Positions 41,108 through 53,371 of a stretch of 64,000 nt of DNA are shown one piece after another. The notes under the pieces are model-generated. The model searched no databases, had not been told where the DNA came from, and was given only the letters and a program-made list of their open reading frames with translations. The stretch comes from Octopus sinensis (lineage: Eukaryota). Numbering within the stretch: position 1 is the first letter of the stretch; each line of letters begins with the position of its first letter. The stretch lies in contig NC_043001.1 of assembly GCF_006345805.1 (NCBI RefSeq), positions 79,236,001-79,300,000 of the forward strand, read 5' to 3'. Both the position numbers and the translations under genes were made by a program.

Positions 41108-41697
41108 CGCGGTGTGATCAATAAGTATCCGGATTGTTGCCATAGTAACAAAGCAAAACCACACAGAGTAAAACCATTCGTCACAGATTGACCTTGAACT
41201 ATGCTATGCATGCCACTAAGTTTTCTTGCTCTCTTCCGCCTACATCGTCAGTGATGATGAACTGAACAGTAAGAAATCTGATAATTCACGGATGGTGATT
41301 CGACGATTTCCCCTCTCAGATGCACTCACATCTGTGATGCTTTTCTCAGTTCTGCTGCTTGCGGGCCTTTGACCGTTCGTCAATATCGACATTTTCCCGT
41401 CCATTCTGGAAACGTCTGAACCACTTGCACACTTGTGTGCGGCTCATACGCTCCTCTCCATACACCTTTTGAAACTTTGCGTAGGCCTGTGAGCAGGTAT
41501 CACCATAACAACACTGTGTCATGGTCATTGCGACGATCACAGGCGGAAGTGAACTAGAAACAGCGGAAGTGAGCTCGAACGTTAAAAGTTAGTGTAAAAG
41601 CACAGAGTTCAAGGTCAATCTTTACCAAGCAGCTTCACTCTGCATGTTTTAGGTTCGTTACTATAGCAACTACTGGATGCTTATTGATCAGACCTCG
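41108..41697 (-). mobile_element. Internally deleted mariner (590 bp) inserted into the Penelope RT
   Basis: ~90-bp imperfect TIRs (CGCGGTGTGATCAATAAG / CTTATTGATCAGACCTCG), TA left and CA right. HTH remnant YGEERMSRTQVCKWFRRFQNGRENVDIDERS is joined directly to the C-terminal HLRGEIVE. Confidence 0.88.
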
Positions 41698-42795
41698 CAC
41701 ATAAATGAATATAGTAATCACCCTAGATGCATAACCCATTAGAGAACGTTTCTAGCCGTATTTCTAACCTATCAGCGAATGAATAAATTTTCAAACGAAA
41801 GGAGGACTTTTATAATGTAGCACTAGGGAAATCAGTGCTACATTAAAAAACAATGGAATAAAGGAATCATGACAATAATCGCAAAATAATAGTTGACGGA
41901 AGAAAGATAAATATTAGCCATCTAAGGACTAAGAGGAGAGATGATTATAGGAAGTTCGAACACCTGGAAAATAACCATGGAATATCAAATAATATGAAGG
42001 ATAGTAATGATTTTAAGGAATTAAGGCCACATAAAGTAATAGGAATATTAGTAGGTGGCGCAATAGGCGAAACTATTTAGAGATAACATGACTGAAACTA
42101 AAATAGAAAATAATAATAAATATAGAAGAGCTAGTAACTGTGATTGCGCAGAGGATAGGCAATGTCCGTTAAACTTCGAATGTAAAAATAAAAATGCGGT
42201 TTAGAGGTACAAAGTTACATCTGTAAATAAGGAATATTTCTATATAGGTGGCAGCTCATGTTTTATAAAACAAAGAATAGGTTACCATGAAAATTGTTTT
42301 AGATATAGCAACAAGAAAAAAATTTTGGTTGCTGAAGGATAGAAGTAAAATATATTCAAAGGGTGGTATATTAATAGTAGGGGTAAACCGTATAGTACAG
42401 GGGGTAAAAGATGTGAACTATGCGTAGAGGAAATTCAAATAAACGCATTACACTTTATATAATACAAAATATAACTTATTAGAAGGAAAATTGTGAAAAC
42501 AAGAAACAAAAAAATAGATCTAATTTATTTGAATACCTTTAAATCTAAAAATATTCGCCTTGAAATGAGTGGAATGGTAAACTTCTAATAGTAGTAATGA
42601 ATCTACACAAACGTTTACTTGAACCGTGACCTATTTTTAGGACTATATTTCGCTTCATCTACTACATTTATTAGAAGTGACCCCTAGGTCAAAATTCTGA
42701 CGACTATTTATAGTAACACCCATACATTCTAATAAACACGTTATTCATTCATCTTTTTGATTTCTTCTAATTCACCTCAGAACGGCAGAAAATAA

Positions 42796-42881
42796 GGACC
42801 CTGATGAAACTGTACCGACAATGACACCAGGATGCATATCGAAAAGTGTGCAGCTGATGCAGTTGAAACGCGCCTAGGTCC
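42796..42881 (+). ncRNA. Type I hammerhead ribozyme in the 3' pLTR, with one stem III mismatch
   Basis: GGACC-CTGATGA-AACTG...(~47 nt)...CAGTT-GAAA-C-GCGC-CTA^GGTCC. Confidence 0.7.
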
Positions 42882-42998
42882 AGCAAAAAGGCTGTAAATA
42901 ACTGTTTAATGATAGATGTGAAATGGCTCTGTTCTCCATATATAAAATGTATGTATGTACGCATGTATGTATACAGACACAGACACACAAACAACACC

Positions 42999-43059
<61 letters not shown>

Positions 43060-43288
43060 CTATATATCTCTTTCTCACAAACACTATATATATAATGATA
43101 AATAAAGGTGAGTATATACAGTAGCGGTAAAACATCATGACGTTTTTTCCATTTCAATATGGCTAACCCCTAAGGGTGGATGCTACTGTAGTTTTTAGCC
43201 CCAGGAGGACACACTCATCCCCAGCTGGCCATAGACACACTATCTGTGTCCTGTCAGTATTTGCAAAGGGAAGTCATCCTCCCGTCTT

Positions 43289-43358
43289 CAACTTATGATA
43301 CACACGGACTCGAGTTTCGAGGTATTGACCTCTCGTCAGCGTGTGACAATCATAGTTG
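43289..43358 (-). ncRNA. Intact type I hammerhead ribozyme
   Basis: Reverse complement of 43883-43952; predicted cleavage between 43307 and 43306. Confidence 0.88.
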
Positions 43359-43882
43359 TCGCCGAGAATTAGATTCCTTCACAAATACTTATACTTTTTC
43401 CAGCGTCCACTGCCGCTGATATTGAAAAAGTGAAATCAAACAATGATAAATATCAAGTGAGTTATATACAGTAGCGGTAACACATCATGACGTATTTTTG
43501 CCATTTCAATATGGCTAACCCCTAGGGTGGATGCTACTGTAGTTTTTAGCCCCAGGAGGACACACTCCTCCAGCTGGCCATAGACACACTATCTGTGTCG
43601 AAGACGGGAAGGATGACTTCCTTTGCAAATACTGACAGGACACAGATAGTGTGTCTATGGCCAGCTGGAGGAGTGTGTCCTCCTGGGGCTAAAAACTACA
43701 GTAGCATCCACCCTTAGGGGTTAGCCATATTGAAATGGGAAAAAATACGTCATGATGTGTTACCGCTACTGTATATAACTCACTTTGATATTTATCATTG
43801 TTTGATTCACTTTTTCAATATCAGCGGCAGTGGACGCTGGAAAAAGTATAAGTATTTGTGAAGGAAATCTAATTCTCGGCGA

Positions 43883-43952
43883 CAACTATGATTGTCACAC
43901 GCTGACGAGAGGTCAATACCTCGAAACTCGAGTCCGTGTGTATCATAAGTTG
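43883..43952 (+). ncRNA. Intact type I hammerhead ribozyme
   Basis: Stem I CACACG/CGTGTG plus distal CAACTATGAT/ATCATAAGTTG; CTGACGA (43902-43908); stem II GAGGT-caat-ACCTC; GAAA (43923-43926); stem III AC-TCGA-GT; GUC cleavage after 43934. Confidence 0.9.
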
Positions 43953-44199
43953 AAGACGGGAAGGATGACTTCCCTTTGCAAATACTGACAGGACACAGAT
44001 AGTGTGTCTATGGCCAGCTGGAGGAGTGTGTCCTCCTGGGGCTAAAAACTACAGTAGCATCCACCCTTAGGGGTTAGCCATATTGAAATGGCAAAAATAC
44101 GTCATGACTATATATATACATGGATATATAAAGGGTTTTCGGCCTCATTTTGAGAAATTTTTGTCTCCTTATTTTCAGGAACCATTTGATGTATTTATA

Positions 44200-45040
44200 A
44201 ACAATCAACGGCATTGGGGAGCATAAATCTTAAATTCGGTGTTGAGAAAATGTTAGACGACATAAAGCTATTTGAAAACTGGAAATGACTTACCTGCACC
44301 ACTATGATTCGCGCCGAGTATCCAAATACCGACATTATGACTGCTACTCAGCACCCCGCGAACATCGTACGTTTTAAGGAATAATATGACTTTATAGCGT
44401 AGTTTCGTAAACCAGGTTTACCTTCATTAATGATGGTGACGTTATGCCACCCCACAACCTTTAGGGCTTTAGTGACCAACATGAACCACGGTTCAAGAAA
44501 AACCCATTAATACTCTTAGCAAGCCCCAAAATGAAAACCGTGGTTGATGAAACCTGATACGAAACAGTAAATATCAGTCAAAGACATTAAAAAGCATCTC
44601 AAGAAGGAAAATTCACACGTGGGTTTAACTCAGAGATCCTCTATGAAGGATTACCATAATAATAGCTGTGGAATATATATCAATAACAAAAGCCTCAATC
44701 CTTTGGACACTGGTTATTATTAAAAGTGACTTCTCCTTGACGATAACTGCAGATATGAACTGCAAGACACAAATCTTATATACTGCATTACCTGCCCCAA
44801 TTGCAAGGAAAAATATATTCGCGAAAACAACAATATCATTTGCTGACATTCAAGAATCCGCAGACAACACATCAGACAAAAAAAGATGACGCAAATTTCT
44901 GCTGAGTGAGCATCTTAAAATATGTGAATACAGCAGATTCAAGATCTTTCATTCCGACAAATGCTCAAGGGAAGACCCTATGTATTGGAAGGCAATAATA
45001 CTCTAATTAAAAAATTGTTATTTAAGTTAAAGGTGTAAAA
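44200..45040 (+). pseudogene. Decayed Penelope-like RT thumb and GIY-YIG endonuclease (different family)
   Basis: FSLTITADMNCKTQNLIYCITCPNCKEKYI...RQHIRQ...EHLKICE..RFKIF. Confidence 0.8.
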
Positions 45041-46224
45041 AACATATATATTTATAAACACAGAAGGAATCTTTGTTATAAAAATTAGTACCTCGGATGA
45101 ACCAAATCAGATTACCACTCGATAATTTTCTAGATAATGTTCTCATTACTGTTACTAGAATAACTGGAAAAATTCACTTAAGCAATCAACACACAGCACA
45201 AACATACTCTGTTACACATATATGCTTAAACACACACACACACACACACACATGAATGCACCTACATTTAAAAACCTTCGAAATCAATCTGGATAATATG
45301 ACAACTACATCCAAAATACAATTCAATTTCACCTTTCCAGAAAATGGCTGAAATTATATTTCTTCCTTTTTTCCTTTCTAACTTTCGTTCTCTTTTCCTC
45401 TTTTATCTTCCTCTACCCCCCCCCCAAATTCATCATACACATAGGCATAGTCGCATACACTCGCACACTCATGTGTGTGTATATTGTGGTTTTGTATTTA
45501 TTGATATTTTTAACAACTTATAGCACTCAATGCGTTATTCATATCTAATATGCAGTATATTATAAGAGGCAAACTATTTAGTTTTACAGTCTGTAGAAAG
45601 ACATGCTTTTACTTAGGTCAAGCTACTGCCATCTTGTTATGAAAATCTTTATGTTAATCTTCACAATGGTCACTACTTGGTCATAACGTTTAAGGGAAAA
45701 CCTGTACTGGTAACGCAAAACCTCACTATCATAAATCTTAGCTTCGCCAGGTCAATCGTCATCATTCAATTTTATATGCTAAAGAGTGGCAAAACTGTAA
45801 GTAGAAAGGGGTCGAGTGTTTCTTTAAGCATGACAGAATTATCAAATTGCATTAGCGTGTGGTATACATGCGTATGTTAGTGGTTTGGTTTCAAAATAGC
45901 GGGCAGGCCATGTGAATTGTTGCATAGTTCTAGCGTTACTAGAGGCATCTTCAGTTTGAATAAAATAAACTTGTTTGGATAGGTAGATTCATTGGGAAAT
46001 CGGTTATGGAATCTAAATAGTTGTTGTGTTTGTTCAACTTTATTCGTATGCTTGCTCGTTCTAGTAAGTACTATTACTCGCCTGGCTTGCTGTTGTGTGC
46101 TCGCGCCTTGGTCCCTCTGTTCCAGTGTTACGCAAAGCCTCATATTCCTGATCGAACAATACTCCATGGTGAGGGTTTAACGGTGATATCCAGTGGAGTT
46201 GTTCGTTGTTTCGATGAATGATGG

Positions 46225-47570
46225 CCCAACATCTTTTATTTTTTTAATGTTTCAGCTCTCAGGTTGTGGACATTCTGTTGCACCGCCAGTGTCATCACCT
46301 TTTCAATGGCAATTCTTATGAGATTGGCCTTTTGGTGCAGGCAGGAGTTTGACAAAGCTGCACTCGTTTGAGTCTCTGTGATACAGGTTAATCTGGGACC
46401 TTGGACAGCAGGATATTAAATTGTTTCTTGAAAACATCTATCCTTACTACATGAAGATCTCTCAGATATTTTGGAAAGGCATTAAATAGTTGTGTGTCCT
46501 TGAATCCCAAGCTACTGCAGTATATGGCCATCACTCTAGATGTTACTAATTTGAAACTGAGGTGTGACCACAATTGAGAGTAGTAGTCCAGGCGGCTGAG
46601 TACAGAATTTCTCCATAAAATGAGCATAGTTTCCTGGTCCCTTGTTCTGAAGTGTCTCACAATTCATCTAGTCATTCGCTTGCATATTGCTACCTTCATG
46701 GTGATATGTACGCGAAACGAAGCGTCATTGCTCATACTAATCCCCAGATCACGCATTGCACTTGACTCCGTGATTGCTGCTTCTTTTGGACCAAAGAATT
46801 CTTGTTGTGGCATGTGAGCAGTGGTTAGTTGATAGCGGAGGTCTTGGAATGTGTAGATGTCTGCGTAACCAAGAAAGCCACCATAAACGGTAATAGCTCC
46901 AATACAGTTCCCTGAAGCATTCCACTCTCTATTACTCTCATGTAACCACTTTCCCCGTTTTTCTACTATGCCGAGTCTCGTAGCTCGTGACGTCATCCTG
47001 TGACCGATCTTACCAGGGGCCTTTGCAGAGTCAAGATATATCACATCCACTTTTGAGCGATTCATTAGTTGTTTCAACACCCATTCATAATGCTGCCAAA
47101 ACAATGTAAAGCAGCTTCTTCTTGGGCGGAGACCATGCTCGTTGTTAAGGAGCAACTCATTATTTTCGAAGAAGGTGATCAGTTTTCTCCTGACAATACG
47201 TTCCACGAAATTGCTGACATGGGAGGTAGAGAGACTGGTCAATGATTTTTAGCATCTGCTCAGCTAACTCCCTTATGGATAGGACATTTTATGCCTTCTT
47301 TTCACTTTCTGGAAATATCCTAGTTGCACGGAAACTCTTGGAGAGGGGCTGTAGTGGTCTTGCAAGAGCCCCTTTGTATTCCTTTCGGTAGATTGGTGGC
47401 AATCTAGTAGGACCTCAGGCTGAGTTTAGATTAATTTCATCAATGGCTGATATTACGTCTATTTTCTCTATTTCGATGTTATCAATAATTGCTATCTCTC
47501 TATGTAAAGCTGTGGTGCCGAAGAATTCACTAAGGATAACTATCTCCAAGAGCCCCTACCGCATTGTGAA
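46225..47570 (-). mobile_element. CR1/L2-type LINE RT pseudogene with 3' end
   Basis: NSA*GP..LARPL..PIHKG..PVSL.SHVSNFVERIVRR..NNEHGLRPRRSC..VDVIYLDSAKA..VLSRLDYYSQLW..SSLGFKDTQLFNAFPKYLRDL. Confidence 0.88.
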
Positions 47571-47696
47571 AATATTCTTGTATTGAACATTCAATAATAT
47601 CACTGATCCTTTGAGGATTTGCTTCGAGAGCCATTTTCCTCTAACAGTGGGCTTATCTTGTACCGTACTAAAGCAGACACTTTTGCAAATGTATAG

Positions 47697-47750
<54 letters not shown>

Positions 47751-48006
47751 TCACACAAAGAAACACACACATACATCCACACAAACCCACACACTCATGT
47801 ATATGCACAATTGATTTTCTTTTATACTCGTGATCATACTTATGCATGTACTATTTGTACGTACGTATATATATATATATATATAATATATATATATATA
47901 CATATATATAGGTGTATATGTGTGTATGTGTATGATTGTGTGTGTGTGTGCATTTTTAAGTATTTACAAATGTTTGTGTGTATATATACATTTACATATA
48001 CATATG

Positions 48007-48047
<41 letters not shown>

Positions 48048-48485
48048 ATGTATATATATATACATATAAATATACATATAAATATTTGGTATGAAAGGAA
48101 GCAGAGACGTTATGAGACAGAGACGTACACAAAAACAAAGAAGAAAACCATACATAATGTATGATTGCTTATGTATGCATCTACATCTTTGGTGCGGCTA
48201 AAGACTCACATCAAGTATTAACAAAAATAGGTCTCGGCAGCCATTTTAAATAGGCGCAGATTATTGATTCTATATATATGATATGAAAGAAGTCCTGGAT
48301 TTTTGTCTTCTTCCTCTTAATCATTTCTGTCTTTGTCTTCTGGTCTTTATTCTTTTCCCATCTCCTTTCTGATATGTATTTTTTCGTTATTGTTTCATAG
48401 TCTTATTTGGTTATTTGTAACAATAGCTAAAAAAAGGCAAGACGTATATATATATAGATATATATATATATATAATATATATATA

Positions 48486-48530
<45 letters not shown>

Positions 48531-48557
48531 TATATATTATATATATATGTATGTATG

Positions 48558-48593
<36 letters not shown>

Positions 48594-48619
48594 AAAATTT
48601 TTATAGTAAAAAATCAATA

Positions 48620-48689
48620 TTGATGATGTTAACAATAGTAGCACTACTACTACTACTACTACTACTATTCCTACTACTACTACTACTAT

Positions 48690-48754
<65 letters not shown>

Positions 48755-48800
48755 GTAATAATATTAATAATATTAATGTTGATGTTAATAATGACATTAA
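48620..48800 (+). repeat. (CTA)n-(TAA)n compound microsatellite
   Basis: Direct reading. Confidence 0.95.
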
Positions 48801-51800
48801 GAACGAAAATTAACTAAGATGCTCCAGTAGGAATATAGGTTAATTAGAATCTCATCTTGTCTATCAATAAAAGTGACCAACTTTACAATATTGTAAGAAA
48901 TCTGAGTTTTACGAGTAATCTCTTTATTTGTTGTCTGGCTTTTACTCTCTTTTTTGTATCTATATAAGCACACACACAAACAAAAGAGCGAGAGAGCGAA
49001 AGAAAGAAGCAAACAAAAAGGGAGAGAGGCAGAGAAAGATAGATAGATTCAGAGGGAGAGGGAGGGGGAGAGAGCGTATGAGTCATTGACTAGGGTGTGA
49101 TTTCGATTCTCAGACCAGGCGGTGAGTTGTGTTAATGAACAAAACACTACATTTCAAGATTCTCTCTTATCGCTCCGACGTCTCACACGTGGCATAGAAT
49201 TCACCAGTATGTACAAGCAATTTTTTGAATGTATTCAAATAATTGTACAGCACAAACATTTGATCCCTATAAACAAATCATCTCTACAGGTTATTCCACA
49301 ACAAATTGCGAAAAAATATGCTACTGTGAGTGTCATGCAATAAAAAGATGCCAGACAGTAGTTTCCACACATCTGGTGTCTCCGCGCAATCTTCAGACAC
49401 GGCCCACAAGGTTTCGCATGCTCTCATTGCATGAAAGTAATATTAGCACATAAAAACACACACTGTGTTTATATATATATATATATATATATATATCGAG
49501 CTATGCTAAGATACGATGCATAATAGACTTTTAGGACTTCATTCCAATTTAACACTCCACATCGATGCCTTGTGTATTAGCTTAGGTGGAGGCGGAACCG
49601 ATTAGTTTATACTGGCATCGAGTTGTATAATTTGTAATAATGAAATCAAACCAAATGGTGAATCTTAATACGTACGTTCCAGGTCGCGTAATATTTAATA
49701 AATGGATCCATTACGTTAGACCTTCCTCAGTTATAGCTGCCAAAATATTATGAGTTTTTCAACTGAGGAATTTTTTACATTGTAAGACATATATTTGTGT
49801 CTAATCTTGCTTAAGCCCTTATGTACACACCGACGGGGAAAGACATAGGCTGTAGTAATTTTTTTCTCGAGAGAAAACTATTCTCTCTTTGGGTAACATG
49901 TATGCAAAACACACCGCAATGCTATGAAGGACGTTTTCGCACGTAGGACACATGCAATTCTGCATCGTTAGCATCATCAGCTACGCATATAGATTCGCCG
50001 TTCAAAGTCACCAAAGAAATTGTTGGTCGTACATTATAACAGCAAATGCGACATAAGATGTGGAGCAGGAAGAGGGACTAGTAGAGGTGGGGAAAGAGGA
50101 TGGCGACAATGTTGTGACAACGACAACCATGACGACGATGTGGTTGATACGAAATGTTGATTTCGATAATTATGACTGAGCTATTATTATTACGGATATT
50201 GTAATTATATTTTTCATGACAATTATAATCTTCAGGTTGATAACGATAACAACGTTTAAAATAATGGTGATGGTGAAGACAATGGCAGCAGAGTTTATAA
50301 TACTTATGATGATGGTATGTTAATAATTCTTCCTAATTTTGGCACAAAGCCAGCAATTTTGAGGAGATGGAAGAGTTGATTCATAAACGCTCTGGGTAAA
50401 TGAAGAAAAAGAATTTCATCGTAGCATTTTATTGGGACTTTACCAATATCCTGCCTCTACAAGTTCTATATTTGAAGAATGAGGGTTATTTTTTGAGTTT
50501 TTCTAACATTCCACACCGCTCAAATGCTGTGCTTCTTGCTTTTTTGTCGTCTGTCAGTGACCATCAGTTCCTCTCCATACATCTCCGCATTTTTCTTTTT
50601 TCTATTTGGTCTACATTGATTCTTTTCAGTTTGATTTTTATTTAGTTCTTAGTAAAATATTCTTGTTTTGGGGTTGAACTGTTTGTTTTGTTCAAGTGAT
50701 TGTTCGGTTCGATATTTAAGACGAAGATTTCTTTAAGATTTAGCGAAAATCTATTGTTTCAGATGTTTTTTGATTTCGGATACTTCAGCGTACTTTTTAA
50801 AAATATTTTTTTCATATTTTGTTCTTATCATTGTATATTTCAATAGTTCTTACTACCTCGGTTACATTGTTTTCCTTTTGTGTCTGTTAGTTATTGATTT
50901 CATTATAAATTCACAGATCTTCTTATACTTATATATCTCAATGTTTGCATTCTAAGGTTTTCGCTTTGTTTTAATATTTCTATAAGAATACATCTGATAG
51001 AGTGCAAAATGTTTTTGTTAACTACTGTGTCTGCTTCATGTATTAACTTAGTTTCACTTAGTAGTTTAGATGTTCACCGTTCCTTTCATTCATTAGAATT
51101 ATAATAGGCTGAAGAAAAATTAGTGAGATAAGCTAATGATATGAATTTTGATGAATCTTGAGGGTGTGATGCATCTATTAGTGGTGTCCTTTCCAGGAGT
51201 TGCATGGTTTTTGATGAGTGTGCCACTATATTTCTGTCAATACTGTTCCCAGTCCTGTCCCTACACATATATTAGCATATGTCCGGGTAAAAGCTATGGC
51301 TTAATATCCCATAACCAACCGAGCCGGGGTACGTTCAAATCATTGGTAGCAAATGAAAATAAATGATGAATGTCACTAAATGCTGATCTGATGGACAAAA
51401 AAAAAAGAAAAAAAAGAAACAGTGCGTGTCCCGAAATAATTAATCCAGTTAGTGAACAACTGCTACCTTTGCTGCCTTTCTGTGCACAGGTGAGATCTTT
51501 CAGCTAGCGAAAGACTGATGTAACAAAAAAAACCAAGTCACATCTCTCGACCGGTACACTTCGGGTAGAAGAGTTGCATTGGTCTGAATAATGCACCCGG
51601 TGAGGATGATGACAACGCAAATAAAAAGATAACCAACTAAAAACATTACCTTGAATTTTCTACCTTAGATAGCGGACGATAGAGGATCTAACAGTCACTG
51701 TTAAGGACTAACAGCACAAGTGGATATCATTTGTGGAAATTGCCAGTAAGTTTCACTAAATAATTGCATGGCTAATGAGAGTATTTGGTCTTTCTTTTAA

Positions 51801-51864
51801 GCCAGTAAAACTACTAATAATATTTTCCAATGATATTCTTTTGCAATGTCGGCAAAATTCCTGA

Positions 51865-52480
51865 ATTTATTTTGTAGTGGGTGGAGGGTAGTCGATTACA
51901 TTAATTCTACTGCTTTACTGGTACTCATTTTATTCACCCTGGAAGCATGAAAGACAAAGCAGATCACGGCGGGATTTTAAATCAGAACGTAAAGGCCCTG
52001 AGAAAATGCTGCTAAGAATTATATCCGGTATGCTAACGATTTTGTGAGCTCACCTACCTCAGCAATAGTTTCAATTTTTGGCACAAAGTTAGCAAATTTA
52101 AGGGAGCATGTACATCGGTTACATCGAGCCTAATGCTCAGTTGCTACTAATTTTAACATCCCTGAAGGATAGAAAGTGAAGTCGACTTCAGCGGAATTTG
52201 AACTTGGAACGTAAACAACCGGAATAAATGCTACTAATTGTTCTGTGCTGAGTGGGGCTCTTTCAATGATATTGAATATCCTCATTTCAAATGGAATTTT
52301 GGGGCAGGGTTAAACCGATTATATTCGACACCAGCGTTCACCTGTTACTTCTTTCATCAGCTCCGAAAAGTTGAAAGATAAAGTCTTGTTTCATCGACCT
52401 TGGCAGAATCTGAACACAGAAATATACAGATGGATCTAATGCCGCTTCATGTTTAGAGTGGCGTGCTAACGATTCTTAAT
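51865..52480 (-). mobile_element. Three consecutive decayed SINE family C copies
   Basis: The GAAAG.TGAAAG..AAAGTCGAC..CGGCGGAATTTGAAC motif recurs near 51950, 52170 and 52370-52400. Confidence 0.7.
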
Positions 52481-52539
52481 AACAACAATGATGATGATGA
52501 TGAAGATGATGATAATAATAAGAATAACATAATAATACA

Positions 52540-52571
<32 letters not shown>

Positions 52572-52591
52572 TAATGATGATAATAATGATG

Positions 52592-52622
<31 letters not shown>

Positions 52623-52644
52623 TGATGATGATGATGAGGAGGAG

Positions 52645-52983
52645 GAGGAGGAGCAGACCCCTTCAGTCATGAATGGCGATGGGATTGCACCTAGAAAGTT
52701 ACCCTCCGAGGATCAAGTACGGACAAGATTGCTTTATGGAAGGTCAGCAGTCGCCCATGCATACCGGACTCCCCTCTTCACAACACTGATGTTATTGAAG
52801 GGAAAGGCAAAGGCCGATACAGCTTGGCCCCAGTGATGTCGCAACTCATTTCTACAGATAAATGAACTGCAGCAACGTGAAAATAAAGTGCCTTCCTCAA
52901 GAAAACAACACGCAGCCCGTTCCGGGAATCGAACTCTCATTCTCACGATCGTAAGCTCGACGCTCCAACCACTGAGCCTTCAC
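52645..52983 (-). mobile_element. tRNA-derived CORE-like SINE
   Basis: Minus strand GGCTCAGTGGTTGGAGCG...GAGTTCGATTCCCGG...GTGTTGTTTTCTTGAGGAAGGCACTTTATTTTCACGTTGC. Confidence 0.75.
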
Positions 52984-52996
52984 AATAATAATGATG

Positions 52997-53042
<46 letters not shown>

Positions 53043-53049
53043 TAATGAA

Positions 53050-53235
53050 CGCACATCACCTGAAATTTTGAGGAAGGGAGCTAGTCATTATATCGACCCC
53101 AGTACGTAACTGGTACTTATTTCATCGACCCCGAAAATATGAAAGTCAAAATAGACCTTGGCGGAATTTCAACTCAGATTATAAAGACGAACAACATGCC
53201 GGTAAGTATTTTGACCGGCGAGCAAACGATTCTTA
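53050..53235 (-). mobile_element. SINE family C
   Basis: TCGACCCCAGTACGTAACTGGTACTTATTTCATCGACCCCGAAA...GGCGGAATTTCAACTCAG. Confidence 0.8.
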
Positions 53236-53313
53236 ATAAGAACAACATAAAACCAACAATGATGATGATGATGATGATGATGATGATTGTAATAAGAATG
53301 ACAGAATATTAGC

Positions 53314-53371
<58 letters not shown>

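Larger units (their letters stand above)
40630..42940 (+). mobile_element. 5'-truncated Penelope-like element with inverted pseudo-LTRs
   Basis: RT motifs DSAQVTNVVG, GWGLYRDDALL, NEYSNHP; RASNCDC..DRQCPLNFEC; EN region YFYIGG..IKQRIGYHENCFR..WLLKD..PYSTGGKRCELC. 40630-40780 is the reverse complement of 42780-42940. Confidence 0.85.
43095..44107. mobile_element. Head-to-head inverted array of a ~350-nt hammerhead-containing unit (retrozyme-like / non-autonomous Penelope derivative)
   Basis: Left arm 43095-43599 (minus sense, period ~348), right arm 43600-44107 (plus sense, period 352). CTATATATATA at 43084-43094 and 44108-44118. No ORF. Confidence 0.85.

Noticed and set aside
43095-44107. 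CRISPR array or ordinary satellite
   Set aside because: There are no unique spacers, the context is eukaryotic, and the unit number is ~1.4 per arm with a ribozyme in each.
45690-46220. ORF 45877-46167 as a LINE ORF1 or gene fragment
   Set aside because: No motif I can match with confidence; it needs BLASTx.
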